This document shows positions 34,553-38,904 of a stretch of 38,904 nucleotides of DNA, in pieces. This DNA comes from Nitrospirota bacterium (GTDB taxonomy: Bacteria > Nitrospirota > Thermodesulfovibrionia > Thermodesulfovibrionales > UBA6898). Position 1 is the first letter of the stretch, and each line of letters begins with the position of its first letter. A model generated the notes under the pieces. That model did no database searches. It was given only the letters and a program-made list of their open reading frames with translations, and had not been told where the DNA came from. The position numbers and the translations under genes were made by a program. The DNA is taken from contig JAKAGF010000001.1 in assembly GCA_021825805.1 (NCBI GenBank), positions 1-38,904 of the forward strand. Direction: 5' to 3'.

Positions 34553-34977
34553 AGCTGGAGCAGCCCATAAGCCGAGTTCTGTACTCCCCGGAGGGAGCCG
34601 TGGTCATTCATCTGTGTCCCTGCCTTCCGGAAGGGATCATGCGACCCAACCCGTTCCGCCTCCCCGCCGAGGCGAGGATTCGAAGAGGCGCCTCTCAAGG
34701 CGGAACCTATTTGGCCTTGCTCCAGGCGGGGTTTTCCAAGCTGCCCGGTCACCCGTGGCACTGGTGAGCTTTTACCTGCCGCCGGTATCCCGACGGCGCC
34801 GCCGAGGCGGCCACCTTTTCACCCGTTCCCCGAATCATCGGGGTGGTTTCCCTTTCTGTGGCACTTTCCTTCCCGTTGCCGGGACTCCGCGTTACGGAGC
34901 GCCTTGCCTTGTGGAGCTCGGACTTTCCTCCCGTCCCGTTTCTGCCGGACCGGGCGACCACCTGTGCTGCTCCAGCT
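34553..34977 (-). ncRNA. rnpB: RNase P RNA, bacterial type A
   Basis: The reverse complement contains the universally conserved blocks GGAGGAAAGTCCGAGCTCCA, GAGCAAGGCCAAATAGG, CAGATGAATGACC and ACAGAACTCGGCTTATGG in the E. coli M1 RNA order. The termini AGCTGGAGCAGC...GCTGCTCCAGCT form a 12-bp P1 helix. A T-run follows the 3' end. The region has no credible ORF. Confidence 0.92.
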
Positions 34978-34993
34978 ATAAAAAATTTAAATC

Positions 34994-35022
34994 ATTATAT
35001 AATATTCCCTGCATTTTGGGAA
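34994..35022 (-). promoter_or_regulatory. Putative sigma-70 promoter for rnpB
   Basis: The minus strand reads TTCCCA (35022-35017), a 17-nt spacer, then TATAAT (34999-34994). It sits in a strikingly AT-rich 45-nt gap between the zinc-ribbon gene stop and the 5' end of rnpB. Confidence 0.4.
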
Positions 35023-35026
35023 GGGA

Positions 35027-35737
35027 TTACTGTTCTTCTGAATAGTACAGGATGCGCCGGCACTGGGGGCATTGGATAAGCTCCTCGCCCTTCCTGAGTT
35101 CCACAAAAAGCTGCGGGGGCATATTCATGTTGCATCCGGTGCATATCTCGTTCCTGGCGCTCGTCACAGCGAGGCCGCTCCCTGTGGCGAGAAGCGCCAT
35201 ATAGGCGTTATAGGCGTCCCTGTCAACAGATGCGGCAAGCCCGCCTCGCTCCGCCTTGAGGCCTTCCAGCTCCTTCTCGTACTGTGCAACCTCTTCCTCG
35301 AGCCCTCTTCGGAACGCATTCAGTTTATCTTCCTCGGACTTGACCCTGCCTTCGATCTGTTTCTGATTCTGCAGGGACTTTTCCATCTCCTCCATGATTG
35401 CGAGTATCTGGTCTTCGATGGATCTGATCTCCCGTTCCGACGCTTCTATCTCTTTGAGGTGGGCCTGATATTCCTTATTGGTCTTGAGGTCGGAGATGCG
35501 GCCTTTCGCCTTCTTTATCTTGTCGTTGATGTCCTCGAGGAGTCGCTCTTTTTCCTTTTTCTTCTTCGCCGAGGCGTCGTTTCTCTGCCTCACCAGCTCC
35601 AACTCGGCCCTGGCCGCCTTCAGGGGCTCGTCCACCTCATTGATGCGGCCGGGGACCCTGTCTATAAACGCCCGTTTTTCGAGGATGCGCGTATCTACCT
35701 GTTGCAGCGTAACCAGACGTTTGATCAGATCCTTCAC
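35027..35737 (-). CDS. Coiled-coil protein with C-terminal C4 zinc ribbon (COG1579 / zf-RING_7-like)
   Basis: 236 aa, GTG start. It has a long heptad-rich, K/E-rich body and ends with CTGCNMNMPPQL...CPQCRRILY. Confidence 0.75.
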   Translation of the reverse strand: MKDLIKRLVTLQQVDTRILEKRAFIDRVPGRINEVDEPLKAARAELELVRQRNDASAKKKKEKERLLEDINDKIKKAKGRISDLKTNKEYQAHLKEIEASEREIRSIEDQILAIMEEMEKSLQNQKQIEGRVKSEEDKLNAFRRGLEEEVAQYEKELEGLKAERGGLAASVDRDAYNAYMALLATGSGLAVTSARNEICTGCNMNMPPQLFVELRKGEELIQCPQCRRILYYSEEQ

Positions 35738-35753
35738 AACCCCTCCCGGAATA

Positions 35754-35829
35754 TGGTGGGCCCACCAGGACTCGAACCTGGGACCAACCGGTTATGAGCC
35801 GGTAGCTCTACCAACTGAGCTATGGGCCC
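35754..35829 (-). tRNA. tRNA with anticodon CAT (elongator Met or lysidine-modified Ile2), CCA encoded
   Basis: The reverse complement folds as a 76-nt cloverleaf: GGGCCCA TA GCTC AGTTGGTA GAGC T ACCGG CTCATAA CCGGT TGGTC CCAGG TTCGAGT CCTGG TGGGCCC A CCA. All four stems are perfectly paired. Confidence 0.93.
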
Positions 35830-35877
35830 CCGACATAGCGCGGGCATGTGCGACACGAAACCAACCCGTAACTTGTT

Positions 35878-35907
35878 ACTATAATTGTCGCCGCCTCCTT
35901 AAGTCAA
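35878..35907 (-). promoter_or_regulatory. Putative sigma-70 promoter for the tRNA (and downstream genes)
   Basis: The minus strand reads TTGACT (35907-35902, overlapping the rpoD stop codon), an 18-nt spacer, then TATAGT (35883-35878). It lies ~45 nt upstream of the mature tRNA 5' end. Confidence 0.45.
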
Positions 35908-37391
35908 GGACCTTCGATGAACTCGCGAAGCCATTTGGAGCGGGACGGGTGTCTCAATTTCCTGATCGCCTTGACCTCGATCTGACGGACCCGCTCCCTG
36001 GTGACTTCGAATTCGAGACCCACCTCTTCAAGGGTATGGGGGACATCATCTCCGAGCCCGAACCGCTTCATGATAATAGACCTCTCCCGTTCGGTCAGGG
36101 ACGAGAGCGCCTTGTCGATGGACCGTTTCATGTCATCGCGCATGGCGAGGTCGAGAGGGGAGAGGGTGTTTTTATCCTCGATGAAGTCCCGGATCTGGCT
36201 GTCCTCGTCTTCTCCAACCGGGGTCTCCAGAGAAACCGGCTCCCGCGAGAGCTTCAGCATGGCCCGCACCTTCTCTACCGGCAGTTTCATACTGTCCGCT
36301 ATCTCCTCCGGAGACGGCTCCCGCCCTTTTTCCTGCACAAACTCCCGCACGTTCCTGGTCATGCGGTTGACCGCCTCGACCATATGGACCGGTATCCTTA
36401 TAGTCCTCGACTGTTCCGCTATGGCGCGCGTGATCGCCTGCCGTATCCACCAGGTGGCATACGTGCTGAACTTGTAGCCGCGCCGGTACTCAAACTTGTC
36501 CACCGCTCGCATCAGCCCCACGTTGCCCTCCTGGATGAGATCGGAAAAACTGAGGCCCCTGCCGATGTATTTCTTGACAACGCTGATAACCAGCCTAAGA
36601 TTCGCCTCGATCAGGGCGTCTTTTGCTTCCCTGATCGCCCTTTCCCCCTCCTCCAGAACCTTCGACACCCCGAGCAGCTCCTCTCGACCGACGCCGTAAT
36701 ACTCTTCCTTCCCGAGGATTTCGTCGCGGTTGTCGCCGCTGAGCGGAAGGGGTCCGCGGGTTTCCCCCGCTCCGCCGCCGAGTTGTTCTATTTCAGCGGC
36801 AGCCCTCTTGATCTCCTCGGAAAAAGCGATGACAACGTCATCCTTGAGGTTAAGCCGGCGGATAAGCCCTGTGACGGCATCGAGATTCTCCTCCAGGGAC
36901 TTCCCCGTCTTGTTCCCCTTCCCGGCTATGCGTTTGGCCAGCAGGGCCTTCCGCTTCTCAAGAAGCTTCTCCACCTGAACGGTGATGCGTGAAAACTTCT
37001 CGCGTTCGTAAACAAGGTCCGCCTCCGCTCCTTCATCCTCCCAGAGCTGGACTATCTCTTCCAGGGGGGCATCCCCCCTCTCCACCATGTCGCCCAGGGC
37101 CGCGATTTTCCGCAGGGCAAAGGGGACCGCAAAAACCGTTCTGATCACCTTTTCTTTTTCGTGCTCTATCCGGCGGGCGATCTCCACTTCTCCCTCTTTG
37201 GTCAGCAGCGGGACCCCGCCCATCTCCTTCAGATAGATCCGGATGGGGTCCTGTTCGCCTTCGAGCATGAAGCCGCCTGTCGGCGCTTCCGTCTCCTCCC
37301 CGGATTCGGAGTCCTCTTCATCAAACTCCGCCTGTTCTTTTTCAGGCTGCTCTTCGTAATCGTCAAAATACTCTTCTTCGTCTTTTCTCAT
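35904..37391 (-). CDS. rpoD: RNA polymerase primary sigma factor RpoD (sigma-70)
   Basis: It has an acidic N-terminus. Region 2 reads [63 protein letters not shown]. Region 3 and region 4 ([15 protein letters not shown]...[30 protein letters not shown]) are also present. Confidence 0.96.
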   Translation of the reverse strand: MRKDEEEYFDDYEEQPEKEQAEFDEEDSESGEETEAPTGGFMLEGEQDPIRIYLKEMGGVPLLTKEGEVEIARRIEHEKEKVIRTVFAVPFALRKIAALGDMVERGDAPLEEIVQLWEDEGAEADLVYEREKFSRITVQVEKLLEKRKALLAKRIAGKGNKTGKSLEENLDAVTGLIRRLNLKDDVVIAFSEEIKRAAAEIEQLGGGAGETRGPLPLSGDNRDEILGKEEYYGVGREELLGVSKVLEEGERAIREAKDALIEANLRLVISVVKKYIGRGLSFSDLIQEGNVGLMRAVDKFEYRRGYKFSTYATWWIRQAITRAIAEQSRTIRIPVHMVEAVNRMTRNVREFVQEKGREPSPEEIADSMKLPVEKVRAMLKLSREPVSLETPVGEDEDSQIRDFIEDKNTLSPLDLAMRDDMKRSIDKALSSLTERERSIIMKRFGLGDDVPHTLEEVGLEFEVTRERVRQIEVKAIRKLRHPSRSKWLREFIEGP

Positions 37392-38904
37392 CCCGCTTCC
37401 TTCACAAAGCGACGCTTCTCATCGAGGAACTCATTAAGGTCGGCCGTATCTCCGGACTGCTGGGCCCGCTGATGCCGTTCTTCAAGCTTGCGCCTTTCGA
37501 TCGTCCGCACGCAGTCTTCGATTATACGGTCCACATTCTCCGTATCGAAGCCCGGTTCAACGGAAAGCTTCGTTGCCAGCGCCCGCTCCTCTTCGGCGGC
37601 TCCTTCCAGGACAGCGGTCATATCGTCGCCGGCGCCCGCGGCAGCGAAACGCCGGAGGAGGGACCCCACGATCTTGTCCTTGATCTCATCCATGTCGATC
37701 CGCGAAAGCACAAAGCCCGTCCTGTCGGGAAAGGCTACGATAGCGCTGAGGAGAAGCCGCTCCGCCCGTTGGATTATCACCAGCTCCCTGCCGTGGGCCG
37801 TTGCGGACGGCGCGGCAGCCGCTTTCTTCACCTTCAGGAATTCCCTGCGGATCGTCGCCTCATCGATCTTCGATCCAGCGGCCAGCTCGCCGAGCAACTC
37901 GTCCGCCAGAAGGGCGTCATCCATTACGGCAAGCACGCCAAGGGCCTCTCTCACCGTTTCGGCCTTGCCGCCGCGTGACGCGCTGAGGAGGAACCCCACC
38001 ATCGACCCCGCCCCCTTCAGGAGCCGCGCAAAGGCATCCTTCCCCTGTTTCCTCAGGAAACTGTCAGGGTCTTCGTCAGAGGGAAGCATCAGCACACGGG
38101 TGCGGAAGTTTCGCCCGCTGACTATGGGAAGCACCCGCCGGGCCGCGGCCTTCCCAGCGTCGTCGCCGTCAAATACGAGGAGCGCGTTGCCGGTCATGGT
38201 TCTCAGCTTTTGGATTTGTCCCGCTGTAAGCGCAGTGCCCAGAGGGGCGACGGCGTTAGGGAAGCCATACTGATGACAGATGATGACATCCATGTATCCT
38301 TCCACGATGACAACGCGGTCTTCGCGGCGGATCGCTTCCTTGGCGGTGTGGAGTCCGAAGAGGGTGTCCGATTTCTTGAAGACCGCTGTCTCGGGCGAAT
38401 TGATATATTTCGGCGTCGCGTCATCCATCGCGCGTCCGCCGAATGCCAGCACAGCGCCGCCGGTCCCCGCGATGGGGAACATGATCCTGTTTCTGAACAT
38501 GTCATAAAGTCCCTTTGCGCCGGTGACCGCAAGCCCTGCCTCCCGTATGATGTCGTCGCCGAATCCGGCCTTGCGCAGATGGCGCAGGAGATTGTCCCAT
38601 CCCTGCGGGGCATAGCCGATCCTGAACTGTTCGAGGGATGCGTCGCTGACGCCGCGCCGTCTCACATACTCCAGGGCCGTGTCGGACTCCCGGAGTTTCC
38701 CGGCGTAGAATTCCGCGGCATTGCGAAGGGCATCCCGTATCCGCTCCTGCTTCTCATATGCCCGGGAAGCGGGCTTTCCCCGGTCAAGGGGGATCCCGGC
38801 CCTTTTCGCAAGAAGCGTCAGGGCCTCGTTGAAGGTGATATTTTCGTACTTTGATGCGAAGGCGATGACATCACCGCCCGCGCTGCACCCGAAGCAGTGG
38901 AATA
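37388..38904 (-). CDS. dnaG: DNA primase DnaG (5' end lies beyond the window)
   Basis: The track lists 37388..38665, but the frame is open to the window edge. There it encodes the zinc-finger end [15 protein letters not shown]. The TOPRIM region has [11 protein letters not shown] and [12 protein letters not shown]. It overlaps the rpoD start by 4 nt (ATGA). Confidence 0.93.
   Translation of the reverse strand, partial: FHCFGCSAGGDVIAFASKYENITFNEALTLLAKRAGIPLDRGKPASRAYEKQERIRDALRNAAEFYAGKLRESDTALEYVRRRGVSDASLEQFRIGYAPQGWDNLLRHLRKAGFGDDIIREAGLAVTGAKGLYDMFRNRIMFPIAGTGGAVLAFGGRAMDDATPKYINSPETAVFKKSDTLFGLHTAKEAIRREDRVVIVEGYMDVIICHQYGFPNAVAPLGTALTAGQIQKLRTMTGNALLVFDGDDAGKAAARRVLPIVSGRNFRTRVLMLPSDEDPDSFLRKQGKDAFARLLKGAGSMVGFLLSASRGGKAETVREALGVLAVMDDALLADELLGELAAGSKIDEATIRREFLKVKKAAAAPSATAHGRELVIIQRAERLLLSAIVAFPDRTGFVLSRIDMDEIKDKIVGSLLRRFAAAGAGDDMTAVLEGAAEEERALATKLSVEPGFDTENVDRIIEDCVRTIERRKLEERHQRAQQSGDTADLNEFLDEKRRFVKEAG

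Noticed and set aside
35754-35829. tRNA-CAT as initiator tRNA-fMet
   Set aside because: Positions 1 and 72 form a G-C pair, where an initiator needs a mismatch. The anticodon stem (ACCGG/CCGGT) also lacks the three consecutive G-C pairs typical of initiators.
35478-36992. 504-aa plus-strand ORF, the longest alternative ORF in the window
   Set aside because: It is antisense to rpoD, whose minus-strand translation is an unambiguous sigma-70. The same reasoning rejects 23235..24212, 26052..26960, 33659..34570, 38210..38854 and 4940..5779.
1-38904. Search for CRISPR arrays, IS elements, integrases, toxin-antitoxin or other defence-type genes
   Set aside because: I saw no direct-repeat/spacer periodicity and no transposase, integrase or nuclease-like ORFs. 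The only accessory-looking block is the signalling island.

Overview
This is a GC-rich chromosomal segment that is almost fully coding. It comes from a diderm (Gram-negative) bacterium, shown by lptF/lptG, a heptose kinase and a beta-barrel porin. I saw no rRNA, CRISPR array, transposase or phage genes. All calls rest on motif recognition by eye plus the supplied ORF track; no database search was possible. LEFT (0.1-3.0 kb, minus strand): a PlsC-like acyltransferase and a UvrD/PcrA helicase. CENTRE (3.3-20.9 kb): a signalling island. A multi-sensor histidine kinase on the plus strand (periplasmic CxxCH haem-c motif, HAMP, 2 GAF, PAS, HisKA/HATPase) ends stop-to-stop against a ~13-kb minus-strand chemosensory operon. 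The operon order is REC, cheY, cheA (no P2 domain), cheW, an orphan PhnD-like solute-binding protein, two very long MCPs, a HEAT-repeat protein, cheR, a second HEAT-repeat protein, cheB. A perfect sigma-54 -24/-12 promoter precedes the operon, and an NtrC-type sigma-54 activator gene lies directly upstream of that. The most unusual signal is one seven-cysteine module (C-x5-C-x4/7-C-x9-C-x7-C-x14-C-x2-C, 'two-CW'-like) found three times: at the C-terminus of both MCPs and inserted into a GAF domain of the kinase. RIGHT (20.9-38.9 kb): housekeeping genes. These are nrdR, glyA, rpiB, an AhpF-like Grx/Trx-fold-thioredoxin-reductase fusion, a PP-loop ATPase, a heptose-7-P kinase, a porin, lptF/lptG, a class IV aminotransferase, a GH57 enzyme and a LysR regulator. 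They are followed by RNase P RNA (rnpB, invisible to the ORF track), a COG1579-type zinc-ribbon coiled-coil protein, a tRNA with anticodon CAT, rpoD, and dnaG truncated by the window end.
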